Assembly: GCA_051362555.1 (NCBI GenBank)
Contig: CM120642.1
Coordinates: forward strand, 5,890,001 to 5,954,000
DNA from: Lingula anatina
Taxonomy: Eukaryota; Animalia; Brachiopoda
Length of the DNA: 64,000 bases
Reading direction: 5' to 3'
Shown: piece by piece, positions 24,797-38,339 of the stretch
Position numbering within the stretch: position 1 is the first letter of the stretch
How the letters are laid out: each line of letters starts with the position of its first letter
Notes under the pieces: model-generated
What the model saw: only the letters and a program-made list of their open reading frames with translations
The model's database searches: none
Told to the model about the DNA's origin: nothing
Program-made: the position numbers and the translations under genes

Positions 24797-26361
24797 GTAC
24801 GGCATCCTCCTACAGTGGAGATGTTGTGCTGGACAAAGACTATGTCTGTGGGCTCTGCGGTTTTTGTACCAAGTTTCCATTTGCCATGGAGGATCACATG
24901 AAAGTCCATAAAGAGGCTAGTGGCAACAGCAAGGAAGACATGGGAACGACTGATGTCAGGAACGCAACAACAGGGTCGGCTAAAAGCCATAGGGTTAAGG
25001 TGCGGAATGGTGGTGGAAAGATGAAGTACGTTCCAGAAAATATTCAAGCGAAAACGTCAGTCGCAGGGTCCAACAAGACCAAGAGTCAACCTGTAGGTAA
25101 CGTTGAGGGAACAGCTTCCACCTCCAAAACTATTACTGATGGTGATGATGATAATGAGATCTTTGTTATAGATGAAACTGATAACCAAAGTTCAAAAGAG
25201 AACTCTGACACTTCCAAGAAAATGGTTGTCAGCTTGCCCTTTTCCAAACACAAAGAGAGAACAAAAGGGCCCCAAAAAGTGGAAAAAAATCCATCACAAG
25301 AAAGAACAGCTTCAGTCAATGCTTCCGCACATGTTGCTGGGATAAATACTGCTCCAAAGAACACTCTGCAAGAGTCAACAGTCACAGTGACCCCAAAACC
25401 CAAACAGACTGTAGCAGCACCCCGACAAGCCTGTTATATAGACAGACATGGGAAAAAGGTCTGTAGAAAATGTGGGAAATGTCTGAAAAAAATGGCTGCC
25501 AAACCTCCTCCTCAAGCTCCAGGCGAGTTCATCACCATTGAATCGGATGATGAAGAAGATGGGGATTCAGGTAAAAAGGCAGCCAAGGACAACACTACAA
25601 ACACCCGGAACAGTACTGGAAATAAAAATGAGCAAGGGACTGAAAACAACCCAGTCAGTCCAGATATTAAGGAAGACGAGAAGGATGAAGAAAAAGATTC
25701 CCAACCTATACAGAAGAAAACAACCATCATAGAATATGACACTGGGAGTACTCTGAACATGGAGGTGTTTGATGAAGACGAAGTTTGTTCTGATGATGAG
25801 AGCCAGGAAGAGAAGAAGGCAGACTTTGTGAATGCTGAGGCTGTGGATTCCTTCGCTGGAGAGACGAATGGGGATTTATTGCATGGCACACAGATAGAGG
25901 TAGAGAAGGAGAAAAACTCAGTTTCAGCTGTTACCAGCAAGACTGCGCAGCCCCCTGATGTCATACCTACATCAACTTTAATGACCACCAGCCCCAAATC
26001 CAGCTTTACCAAGTGGCTGACTAGTCCACAGAAGAGGGACAGAACACCAGGGGAGATTACACAAGACAGCACCAATCCTGGGTCCCTTTCAGCTGTGCCT
26101 GTTGCAGAGAACACATGTGATTTTGGCACAGAAAACACCCAGTTACCAAAAACAAATGTGGATGCTACTACTACTACTCAGTCTGATTATCAAGTGCATG
26201 ACACAGAGAATGTCAATGAAAAGGTGTCAAAATGGCTGTCTCAGCAGCAAGCTCCCATCAAAAAGGAAGCTGCACCCCAGCATTACTGCACCAACAACAA
26301 TGTCAATAAGGATGAAGATGAATGCGTAATTGTACTCGATTCAGATGAAGAAGCTGTCTAA
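24797..26361 (+). CDS. Zinc-finger protein terminal exon (sixth C2H2 finger, acidic SIM-like motifs)
   Basis: ctatAG acceptor in phase 1; YVCGLCGFCTKFPFAMEDHMKVH; ends ECVIVLDSDEEAV*. Confidence 0.88.
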
Positions 26362-28854
26362 AAATGCTTTTGTACTGAGTGCAGGAAATGGTGTGACATG
26401 GAGAGGAAATCGGGTGATGATGATTGTAATTGAACTATTAACTGTTTTAGGGTTGAAAGCTTTTTGTAGCTCTCCTGGAGAGAAATATAGGTTTTAAAAA
26501 TTATAAAATAAAGTATTATAATATATAGATCAATGCAATGTCCTAGATTAAAAAACTTACTTAAGAAAAAATTCCATTATGCTCAATTCTGTTTCCACAA
26601 ATTGATAAATAGATCTTCCATTTTTATGATCAATTAATATTTATTGATTTTGTTAGAAACTGAAATTCGTTAGACTGTCTATATCATAAAAAGTCCAGTT
26701 ATTTTCAAAAGGAACTTTAAAAAGCTTGTGACAAAATTAGTATTTTTTAAAAGAAGTATCTTTTGACAAAATCAGTATTTTTTTTTAAAGAAGTATCTTT
26801 TATAAACGTAAGGAAAAAGTCATCATGCTTAGCTCAACAGAAAACTAGTCTTATTTTTTTTTTTTTTTCATGTAAGCGTTGTGTTTTAGGGTAGGAAAAA
26901 AGAGGAATGAATTAAAAACTTAGAAGAGCAATGAATACATTAATAAATCGTCTTAACTTGCCCCACTGACTCCCATTTTATCTGGCACAGTATGCATTAA
27001 CCTTTATGCTTGAAAATTGTAAACTACTGTTTCAGTTTTACATAAAAATTGATACATATCAGTAAAATGCTGTCACCAATAAATATTCTGTAGTGTTAAA
27101 CAGAATCATGCTGAGAGCTGGAGTTAACTGGAGATGGTAGATGCATGCTAATAATGAAGTAGTTGCTAGTCGATTGTCACCCAGGGTACAGTAACAGTAA
27201 GTTACTAAAATGTCAGTTCAAACTATCGTCAACATATCAGTTAGGCCCTGAACAGATTGTATGTAATATTTTTATTCCAGTCAGAGTGCTCAAAAAGTTC
27301 TACAAAATATTGAAATAACATTTTAATCTCTAAATTTGTATTTTCACTTGTCAAATTGTACATGCTATAGGTGAATTATGAATGTACTTTAATTTCAAGA
27401 ATAAAGACTTAAATTTAGGAAAGTTGTTTATATACAGAATACACTAAGAAGTTCACTTTCAGAAGAAAAAAAGTTGAATATATGTCGAACTTTATTTCAA
27501 TATGAATATTTCATTTTTTTCTTTTTTGTCTAAGCATCATCACCCAAATTTTTATGTTACTCGATAATTTATTAAGCTTGATGTTACATTGATACTACAT
27601 TCCATAATAAATTACAAGCCTGGAGTTTAGATATATACTTTTGGATTTATACTCTTGTATATAGCCTAGTTTGAAAAAACATTTCTCTGAAGAAAGGTTA
27701 CCTGGGCTGAATTACCAGAAATGGATCTGAGGAACCTGTCGGTTGTGGTATAGTGATTGCGTTGTGGCTTCCGCGGCGCAACTAACACATTCAAGTATTG
27801 CTTTGGACAAAGCAACCTGAATGGCCAGTGTTTGTAGTCGTGCTAGAGTACATTTAAGGAAAGATAAGAGCATCCCAAGCACTCGGAGTATAACGATAAA
27901 CGGAAACTACATCCATGGATCACGTAACACCCACCACAAGTCTATGGAAGCTAAATTACCGGGAGAATGGATGTAACAACTGCCTACTGCTACAACGGTT
28001 TGCTGCCGTTCATTCATGCAGTGAGCAGCTAGCAGCGGATGTTCACAAATTCCTGTGCAAGGGTTTACTAAGCCATGTTTTTCTGGTTTTTTTCCCTGTT
28101 ACCAAGTGCTGACCTAAAGGGATGTTTTCTGGGTGATCCCTCTTTGTTGGAGACTCCATTACTTCTAAAATTTCACCCACCTATTTTATGTATATCCTGT
28201 ACTGGTATGATGTTTGACTGGTAGATGGTGCCAAAGTGAATGGGGGGGGGGGGGGGGAGTCTTTTGTTCCCTTACTGAGAGTGAAGCATGTATTTTTTTT
28301 AAGTTGTACAAGGTGTTCTTAATCTAGCACCTTGTCCAAATTGTTGAAAACTTAAATATTTTTACGGCAACTTTATTTCAAGTGTACTACAGTACATGGC
28401 TTTACACGTTTATTCTCATATAAGGCTATCATTTATTATTTAAGAGAAAATGATTCATTTTTCCCTAAATTGTCGAACCGTAAAATGGTACAATCATAAT
28501 TCCATCTAAATGAATGGCCGGTAATACAGTTTGTCCAATAAACAGGTATAAAGACATGGGTGATGACAGATTCCTCGGCTGATCACTGAGATAACTGAAT
28601 CACTAGACACAGATAGAGGGTGTTGATAATAACATCTTCTAAATGCACGGATTTTTTTAATATTGCAATTTAAGCAATGTAACTGTGAATTAATAAAGTA
28701 ATAAAAGAGTAAGTTTCATTTTTAAAAATCTCAAAAAGGCATACGTACCGTCAATTACCCGAAGCATTGGAGTTATATTTAAAATAAACAAAATTTTGTC
28801 AGTTAAAAAGAATCCAAAAATAACAGAGCAGGATTCAAAACAAAAATACCATGT

Positions 28855-29450
28855 AGCCTGGAAATTCCCCACTCAATTCCTTAATATGGAAAAAGCCCTT
28901 TGCGCACGTGGAAAAGTCCCGCCATTTCTTTGTTTACATACTATCCTTATATGGCGAATATCCGGGTGAAATGCACCGTAAAGCTTGGGGTCACAAGAAT
29001 TTGACTCACTGATTTTATTCAACTACTAATATCGTTCTCACCCAGCATATTCACACAATGATATATTTCTGTGCTGAAAAATATGACCTCACGTTTTGCT
29101 TTAACTTCGTCCTTTATCCCAGTAAACGGTCTTCTTTTGTGTCTGAGTAACAGGGCATGAATGTATCGATAAACAGCTCAGGAATTTACTAGCGGTCATG
29201 ACGTGGCAGCCTTAGTAACAACCAGTTATTGCCAGCTACGGGGTCACGGCTATTTTAGGACGGAAGGGGAAATTGAATAATCATTGACGTCACTGTGCGC
29301 TGATTGGCCAGAGTTATCGGGCACCTGTCATGTGATTATCTATGAGAGAATCTGATTGGACACCAAAAATAGAATGACGTCATGGGCTGTTTGAACTCTA
29401 CTCATGGTTTAACAATAAACGGCCATTCTTGAATTACGTAGCAGGTAGAG
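28855..29450 (+). promoter_or_regulatory. Immediate-early-type promoter of the IER gene
   Basis: GGGAAATTCCC kB site 28860-28870, E-box 28905-28910, CArG CCTTATATGG 28945-28954, AP-1 TGACTCA 29002-29008, CRE TGACGTCA 29285-29292 and 29375-29382, two ATTGG (CCAAT) boxes. Confidence 0.75.
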
Positions 29451-29569
29451 TACTCATATTTAGAGTTACTCTCCTTACTTGAGCTTTATTATTGTCATTA
29501 ATCTAGTCAGGGGAACATATTGGGTTCTCTGACACTAAGAACGTCAAACGACGACCAAAGGATCATAAA

Positions 29570-30385
29570 ATGGGTACCGAAGCACACCGTTTGATCACAG
29601 TTTCTTTGGGAAAAATCGCACAATGCAGACAACAACGTGGTGGAGTCAATTTGCATAAAAGCCTTCTTGTAACAAAGGTGCTATACAAAGCCAGGACTGC
29701 TTACATGATGCAGAATTTTCGTGAGGTAGTAGACTCTAAAACCAGGACGGCTAAGACACACTCATCGAGCGAGAAACAGGTCAGTAAATCCAAATCTGCT
29801 GAAACCACGCTACAAGTACAAATTCACCCCACGCCGGCGGGAAATGCCGCGCCATGTGACTCTGAGAGTGCAGGTTGCATAAGCCCGTCTGAGACCCACG
29901 AGGACAAAGAAAACATTCCCCCTGCACAAGAAATGAGTGCTGAAACAAAGGACAGTTTTGAAAATTCCGACGAAAATATGATCTCAAAAGAGTCGAGTTT
30001 AGACAATAAATCGGACGTTGATAACAATGCTGATTCCGAGTGCGCAAAATGCGTGAAACGTCGACTCAGTGAAACCGAGCTCGCCGTGGACTCTATTTCC
30101 CCCGTTAAACGCTCAAAGTTTTGCGATGCGGAGACACAAGTAGACACAGAGCCCATGCAGACGGAAACGACTCAGATCTCAAACTTGGTGAACATTTTCA
30201 GTTCGGGCTTCACTGGATTGATTTCCAATAGTCATAACAATAACAGTTCAGTGGAGAATTCGATCCAAACAGCTGAGAAAACTAGGCTGGGCTCAGACAC
30301 CCAATCGACTATTTCTCAGTGTGGGAAGCACATAAAAGAAGCCTTTGAGACCCTGGCCCGTCCCGTTATCGCTCTCACAGTATGA
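29570..30385 (+). CDS. IER5L: Immediate early response (IER2/IER5/IER5L family) protein, intronless
   Basis: N-terminal IER domain EAHRLITVSLGKIAQCRQQRGGVNLHKSLLV..AR and C-terminal ISNLVNIFSSGFTGL motif; AAAATGG Kozak context; AATAAA at ~31290. The symbol marks the family; one-to-one orthology is not shown. Confidence 0.92.
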   Translation: MGTEAHRLITVSLGKIAQCRQQRGGVNLHKSLLVTKVLYKARTAYMMQNFREVVDSKTRTAKTHSSSEKQVSKSKSAETTLQVQIHPTPAGNAAPCDSESAGCISPSETHEDKENIPPAQEMSAETKDSFENSDENMISKESSLDNKSDVDNNADSECAKCVKRRLSETELAVDSISPVKRSKFCDAETQVDTEPMQTETTQISNLVNIFSSGFTGLISNSHNNNSSVENSIQTAEKTRLGSDTQSTISQCGKHIKEAFETLARPVIALTV

Positions 30386-33303
30386 GCAACCGGAAAACCT
30401 CCCGAGTTGATTCAGTCGTTTACCTTTGTGTGGGGTACGTGGCACAGGCTATCCCAAAGGCCAAGCCCCCCAAGCCGGACTGGTGCAAACCACAACGCAC
30501 TAGCGTTACCTGTAAAGGAAAGGTGCTGTAACTCTTTATTTACCAGCAAGTGCCTTGTGGCAATACGGTGCCGAAGCCAATGTTTAATTCCCGTTGGAGG
30601 AATATTGAACGATTTGCAGTGATGTTGACAGTATTCTGTGGTTTAATGAAGCAAACTGTTTCAAAACCTATAAGATAAACTCTTGATTATATTTAAAAAA
30701 GAAAAAAAATGCGTTCAGACTTTGAATGTTACAAGTTTATACCCTCAGGGACTCGATGTGATTAAGGGCATACAGACTTAACAGTAACATTTAGTGAGAT
30801 CTGTTTGAACGTGGTCAGTGAGTGTGAACAATGAAATCCATATGTTGGAAATAATACAGGTGCGATTGCAGATGGATTTACGATTAATTGATACTCCTTA
30901 TGTTAAAATGTGGAATTTGATACGCCAAAAATGCTCTTTTGTCATCTGTCATTATTATTTTTATTGTCATGAGAGAACCTGCGTATTTTAGGTTGTTCTT
31001 GTAGAATAGAGATTCAGAATCAGACTTTAGTGCAATTTATTAACTACAGTCTTGAAAACGAGCGATTTAAGTGTGGTAGAAGTGAGTAAATCTGTTGTTT
31101 TCTGTAGGCAAGATGTGTAAATATGTCACACCTTGCATTCAATAGACGGAGAATGAGTCATGGTCATACGTTCCTCCATCATGACAAAGTCCATGAAATG
31201 GATTCATGCCTAAAGAATGCACATGTAAAATCGTCATATATCGTCTCGTAATACATTCAATGTGATCACCCTGTTATTGTTTCTCTTGAAATAAAAGAGA
31301 TGTATTAATTTGAAATGTAATTTTTCTCTTGTTGACTTTTTGATGCAAAGAAAAATGGCTTGGACGACTTCTTGGAAACGACCCTGGCAAGTTGCCATTG
31401 TGAACTGTTTGATATCACTAGGCGGATGTAAACAGTAGAATAGATTAGCGCGTCATATATGCTCAAGATCCACATCAGTGATCGATAGCGCGAAAGCAGT
31501 AATATAATATTACTTCCCTTTTCATTTTAACTACTGCACGTATTAGATGATATACGAAAATTAACTATTTAACACCCACATCCTATGTTTTTTCTTTAGT
31601 GGAAAACAACCTGCTCCACAGAAAAAATAGTCACTGCTTGTTTTGTTGTTCATTTTTCTCAGAAAAAGGAAAGATGCATTTCCAGAATTATTTTTCCTTG
31701 AAGCGTGTGCAACTTGAGCTCATCTGTTGCAGACGATATCTTGTTCAACATGGCTGACCTTTTCTGCACACGAGGTGGGTCTTCTTTCAGAGACTCAAGG
31801 GCGGTGCAAGCTTGACCTAATAACAGTGGCGTGATATATCTACTACGATCTACTACGTGTCTTGATGACGAATAAAAGATAACTAAGGTGGCACCATTAC
31901 GGCCGCAGTTACGAAATCGGGCAGGTGAAAATTTATGCCCACCTTCTAACTTACGAAATCTGATCTCTGTGCTATGAATAATGCGTTGGATAATTCATAG
32001 ATATATTTTGTTGCAGTGATTTATTTAGTATATAATGAATTTTTAGATTATTGTGATGAATTTTTTCAACTATGTCCGGATTCCAAACTGTTATGACGGT
32101 GTTTTTGTGATCTTCAAAAATTTCGAGATGCGACAATTTTCAAAGTTTTTAAATGACAAGAAAGACCTGAGTCATTCCACGCCGCTTATACCAACTGCCT
32201 CACCTGGCAATCTATATATTGATGCGGCGCACCTTGCGGCTTACGTAATAGGCTGGGCGTCATATAAAGACCATCTGGTCACCTCGACAATTAATATTGC
32301 TCACTAAATACTATAACTTCCTGGGACCATTGATGAAACTGATTCCCTGAATGCGCCGTGATAGTAGGCCTATAATTCTTCCCTTTGTGAATGAAGATGG
32401 TGAATGACCGCATTGTTAAGTATATAGCACACAGAATGATAGAGTACATTATATGTTCTAAATAGGTGCGTTTTGGGAAATGTAGATGAGATTTAAGATA
32501 TTGCACTTCTTTCAGTGCGAATGCAAATACAAACGGCAATTATCTTTACGAGGCCTGATATGCCCGTCTTATATAGAAACCCAGGTAAAACTCCAGGTAA
32601 ACTGTCCATATTAAGTTAACACGGCTCCGCATGCCATGGTCATATAGGGCGATGAAAAATATAGACTTCTAGCGGAAATTTTAAGGAAGAGAAATTCGTT
32701 CAAATGGCGAAGAATTATAATAGTATTCCCCGTATGAACCCAGTGTTACTCAGTAAAGGCGCTAGTCACCACTTCTTGCAATTTCAATAATATCGTTTTA
32801 TTTGGCCACAAGAATTCACGGTTTTTACTTACAGATGAATGTAAATTTGAATCACACTTTCGTGAAACAACCGAACAAAGGATCCCGGCCCACGCAAACC
32901 ACAGAAAGCGAGGTCGAAGGGCTAGTGTGACCGGTGCAGCGTGGGGATGGTGGGGTTATGTACCCCTACCAGGGCCACAAATTGATTTTTCACAAGATAT
33001 TCACAGATATGTCTATAGAAGCTTAATAGACGGTCATTTTACTATCTCTGTGGCTTTTGGTAATTTTCCCTATAATATCTGCCACCCTGGTAGAGGGTAG
33101 AGTTATGATCACAGTGCTTAATGTGACCCCCCCCCAAAAAAATCCTCTACATGATCGATGGAGATTATTGGGAAGGGTGGTATAGAGACTTTACCAATTT
33201 GTGTTCTGCTAACTGCTTAATATTAGTTCTAGATTTTCTAACTGTTATATTATCTCCCCCCCCCCTTTTTTTCTTCCCTCTCCATCTTTCCGCCCTTCAA
33301 AGC

Positions 33304-33334
<31 letters not shown>

Positions 33335-33731
33335 ACACACTCACATATATGCGATGCCTCTTTTCATTCCAAACCTGATACATTGGAAAAACTCGATGAG
33401 CACCGAAAACGAACACACCGGAAATCAGTTGATATATTTACCTCCATCACTCCAGTGCTCGTGAACAAGTTCAGAAATAGAATAGAAGTAGGTGGAGAAA
33501 AGTGTAGGCATATAACTTGGCCGCCGTTCGGAAGCCCTATCCTTCCCACATCTGCATAGTCTATGTGTAAAAGTTATGATACTATAACTGAATATTTAAA
33601 CATTCACTAATGAAGTTAATTATTTGATTTTGTTACCCGTGTTATCTTAGTTGTAGTGTGCATTAGAGTGAAAGGGGGACTGGGCCCCATTCTATTTCTA
33701 TTCTCAATACATACCCTTTATTTAGCACAAC

Positions 33732-33762
<31 letters not shown>

Positions 33763-34090
33763 GATACATCTGATCGACATATGCTGTCATCCAAAGAACA
33801 ATATAAATATGCTCGTGACGGCCTCATCATTTCATTCCGCAACCTCCCACTTCTAATTATAAACCGTTCAAACTTCGCAAATTAATTGGCATTTGACGCT
33901 GGAATAAATTATGGAAACATTATTTATGCTGGAACGATGCAAGTGTTCCTCATGCAAAAACCCAAGTTTACTTTAGTCATAATCCTAGCAAGGAGAAAGA
34001 GGAAGAAACACCTTGCACGATGAAGGAAGTGCGTTTTAGCACCTGTATAGGGGTGACGTTGATATGCCGTGCGATAATCCATCATCAGTG

Positions 34091-34121
<31 letters not shown>

Positions 34122-36899
34122 AAAAGTGTCACAATTGAGAAAATTAAGTTAATGCATCAATGTTCAAAAATCAAATATCTCAATATTACTATGAGCCGTT
34201 TTTACTATACGGAAGAGCGGTGATGTCTTTTTTTTAATGAGGATAAAATGTAATTTAGCTCCACCCATGTTGATTATAGGCATGCTTTGAGGTTGCTTTC
34301 TTGTCCCGTTCCCTGAACTGACTTCATCTCTCTCTCTCTCTCTCTCTCTCAAATAATGTGAATGACGTCCTTTAGTTTTCGTGTGATCCGTTTTCAGCTG
34401 TTTCCCTACTAAAAATTTAGTATGGTGAATTCAGGAAGCATTCTCCAGTACTTATCGCTCAAAATACAAATATACCTCTGCGACAACCTCAATTGATTTC
34501 GACGCACATGTAGAGCCTTCAGCAACTTGTTTTCAGCGTTCCCTTGACACTGAATGTGCGCAAAACAAAGATGTAGATAGGCCTACATCTCTATGCTTAC
34601 ATCTTGGACCCATCATACATGTATGGTGGTTCAAAGTTCCAAGGAATAGATGAATAGACAGATGCAAGAATTACGATAAAAAATACGGTGCCCGACATTT
34701 AATTATCCTGTGCAGTATCAATACACAGTTTCCCATGGTATCATGATTGTTTTTGTTTATCCGTTTGTTTTGCTATCTGTCTGGAAAATGATGACGCAAA
34801 TGTTACTCTGGGTCTGTTTGTAATTTGTTTTTTGTACATAAACCCGACGTCAAAGTAAAGGGGGCGAGTGTTACTGTTTACATTCATATCTCGCCGTAAG
34901 CCTCCCGAGAGCTGGCTTTTCACCTCTTCAGAGACGAGAATGTACAGAGTATAATCAACCGCGTGGGTGTAGCCGAGAGACTTTCTGCAATATCTCAATT
35001 TCATTTTCTAGCAAATAATTGCAAATTGTGATTATGGACCAGAAGAGATAATTAACGAGCTTTGAACCGCGCCATTGATCGTGTAGGCTAAACTGGACGT
35101 CACAAAGAAGAGGTACTGAATCGCGATTTTTCATATATTGAATTGCTGTATAACTGCACGCTATTTTGGAAACTGGTACCTATATTATAGGCTATTCCAT
35201 TTGGATAAGAGGCATATATCGTTTTTTTAATCATATCGGCGATGTGCTCTCGTAAGCTTTTTTGTAACAAACGTGTGTGTTAACGTGTGTGTATTGTATG
35301 CAGTAAAGCTCCCATCCACAGCTCAATTAAACACCACCATTAAAAAAATCCCTGCCCACATTTAACTTTTTTTCATAATGTTCTTCCCTCAGGCAACTGT
35401 ATTTTCCTCAGAGTAATCAAGTCTTTTTCATTATTGTTTATACCTATAAATAAAGACAGCTTGTCTTAGTCTAAAATTGTGACGATTTGTCCCTCGCTAT
35501 TGTTTCACCTTCCATCACACTAAAAATGGACATAAAGCAGTTGAATGAAAGACGGGTTCTTCACCTTAAAGAATCTAATTTTACCAGTGCAGGCTTGTAT
35601 TTAAACAATCGTCCCGAATCTTATCGTGATAGCATTGCCAGGTCATGAGTACATTCAACTGGAGGGATGATGTACCTTGGGCAGGTAGGGGGACTGGGGT
35701 CATATCAGGACACGGGGGATTTTATTTGAAACGGGGCGTGTTTTGGATACCATGTCTTTGTTGTCTGCTCTCTTTCTTGATCTATTGTCTAGTTGCCTGG
35801 CGTTGTTTTTTTTTATTGTTTTCCACGGTCAATACTTTTTGTTTAGTATATTCGTCAAACATTGAGCATTTTGTGGTATTCACAGTCATATTTACATTAA
35901 GTAAATGCACGCTATTGTTATAACTATTTCGGCAGGTAAAGGATTCCTCTAGTTCTAGTTCATTTTTCTTTGATGAAGTATGAAATCTTGTCATTCATTT
36001 TGCAGAAAAACAGAAAATGTGGTGGATTCAGCAGCGTCTCTACTGTCTCTAACTAGCTATTGCGTCTTGACTTTCTGATGAGAAAATAAACCAACACACC
36101 ACCCCTTACCGCGTATATGATTTTTCTTTTCGTGAAATCTCATGCTCTCTTTTAAATTCGTATTTAAAGATGTGGCTGGCACTCCTCGTGTTAAAATGTG
36201 GAAAATGACGGCTCAGAAATGCCCTTTTTGTCATGCAACAGTCATTTTTTGTTATTATCAATGTATTAGGTTATATAAAATATAGGTTGCTTTTATAGAG
36301 CATCAAGATTCATTACCAGAGTCTAGAGCAATTCATTTTACAGAAGCCCTGATAACAAATGATGACAAATGACATTTAACTTATATTGACCCATGATTTA
36401 TAAGGCTGCATCATTTATTTAGATGCCAGGCCACAGTTGAAGGGGTGGGGAGAGGGGGAGGCGTTTGTATTTTCGCAAGCATATCAGTCTGCCTCTTGAA
36501 CTGTGCTCCAGCGTTAAACGGTGGCTAATGCGCTGATCGAGGCATGCTTCCGGGGTCAAATTCCGGAGACATTCCACAGCTCACCTGAGCCCACAGGTAA
36601 TTTAAAAGGCTGGGTCGATCGTCTCAGCCGCTGCTGGGATTAGTCGTCATAGCAACGGTCAGGACGCCTAGACGATTTACCCACGTTACTGCAGCCTGTA
36701 TGGTTTTATGTTATGGTGTTGTTGTTGGAGTAGCCCTTAGAGATGCGGTGTGCTATTGTTGTGATATGGAGCTTATACAAGCCCCACCTTGTCTTTACTT
36801 GGAGCACTCACCGTAGCGTGGTCGTCATAAGGCTATTTTTAAGGGAAGCCTAGGCGTGTGCAATTTTAGTTGTGTGGATGGGTGCTTATCTCTCAGCGC

Positions 36900-37029
<130 letters not shown>

Positions 37030-38245
37030 AGGGGGATAGGAAAATAACAGTTTATATCAAATAAATAAAGAGGCTTATCCAACACTCCGTTAATTTTTCA
37101 TTTCCTCTCCCCTTTCATCATTTCATAATTTATTGGCAAACATGCGCGATATCCACACACAGAGCGGTGAATGACCTGTGTTTCTGTATTGGGTACGTTA
37201 GACGTCCTGATATTGCAGGGAAGGGGATCAATAAACGCATGCTTCAGCCACGCATATGGATAATGAAGAGTTAATTACGGAGATGCGATTGCACTGATCT
37301 TTCTTGAAATGTTCCCACATGCGTGGGCTGCCTACCATTCATGCTGTACACGACGCCGTGTGTTATTTACCTGCATACGATTCGAAATCTAGCTGGCGTA
37401 GGCACGAGAGCATTATTATCCTGTGTCCGATACAAAGTGCAATGTGGGTGTTGCGCGCGGGTGTCTGTTCAAATTGAGAGATCAGTCTAGTTTTCCGTAC
37501 TGTATGTATTAATGACTTTGAAATAGGCTTCATTTACCCAATCCTCGGTACATGCTCCGTAATTAAGCACTGGTGGCTTTTCAAGGCGGTTGAGTTAAAC
37601 AGATAATGTCATTTTTGTTGTGGTGACAGAAATCATTTTGACGTCAGTGCAGAGGTTGAGTCGTTTGAAATATCCCTGTGTTAATTACATACTTGCAGTT
37701 TGTTTACCTCATAATGAGAGTCAATGGTATATTTAATGAAGTAAACAAGACCATTTACTACGAAAACCGCTCCTATTGGCATTAACTTACAAATATTGCC
37801 ACACACACATAGATACTCCCATCTCTTCCCAGTTTTCTATAATATTTATTGTTAGACCATGATATATTTCTATTGTAAGACTAACATTCTTTCGTCCACT
37901 GGGATAAATGTGAAGAAATTTCCTCCTGTGCACACGCACTCTCACTTGCACTTTATGTACTGTATATAACAAGGACGCATGTTAAGGCCAAACCACGCCT
38001 ACACACAGAGGAAGTCATACAAGTGAGCACAAGCAAAAGTGCCCTCTGTGCTCGACAATAGTTTCGGCTGACGGTTTCGGTCTGGTTGATCGATAATGAT
38101 GTTTGCACACCACTGAATGTCCCTTCACTGTCCCAGTGTAAAGAATAGCTCTAACATACTGCTGAGGACACAAGTAAAGGTCCTGGATAGTAATTAACAG
38201 GTGCTACAGGATGTAGGGGACATGGCGTGTTTATAGATCGATTAG

Positions 38246-38285
<40 letters not shown>

Positions 38286-38288
38286 AGA

Positions 38289-38339
<51 letters not shown>

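Noticed and set aside
19458-26329. Multiple antisense and alternate-frame ORFs over the zinc-finger exons
   Set aside because: Shadows of low-complexity coding sequence with no independent motifs
27740-27860. tRNA/SINE-like sequence (gtggtatagtg..ttggacaaagc)
   Set aside because: No complete cloverleaf or clear B-box; at most a decayed SINE fragment
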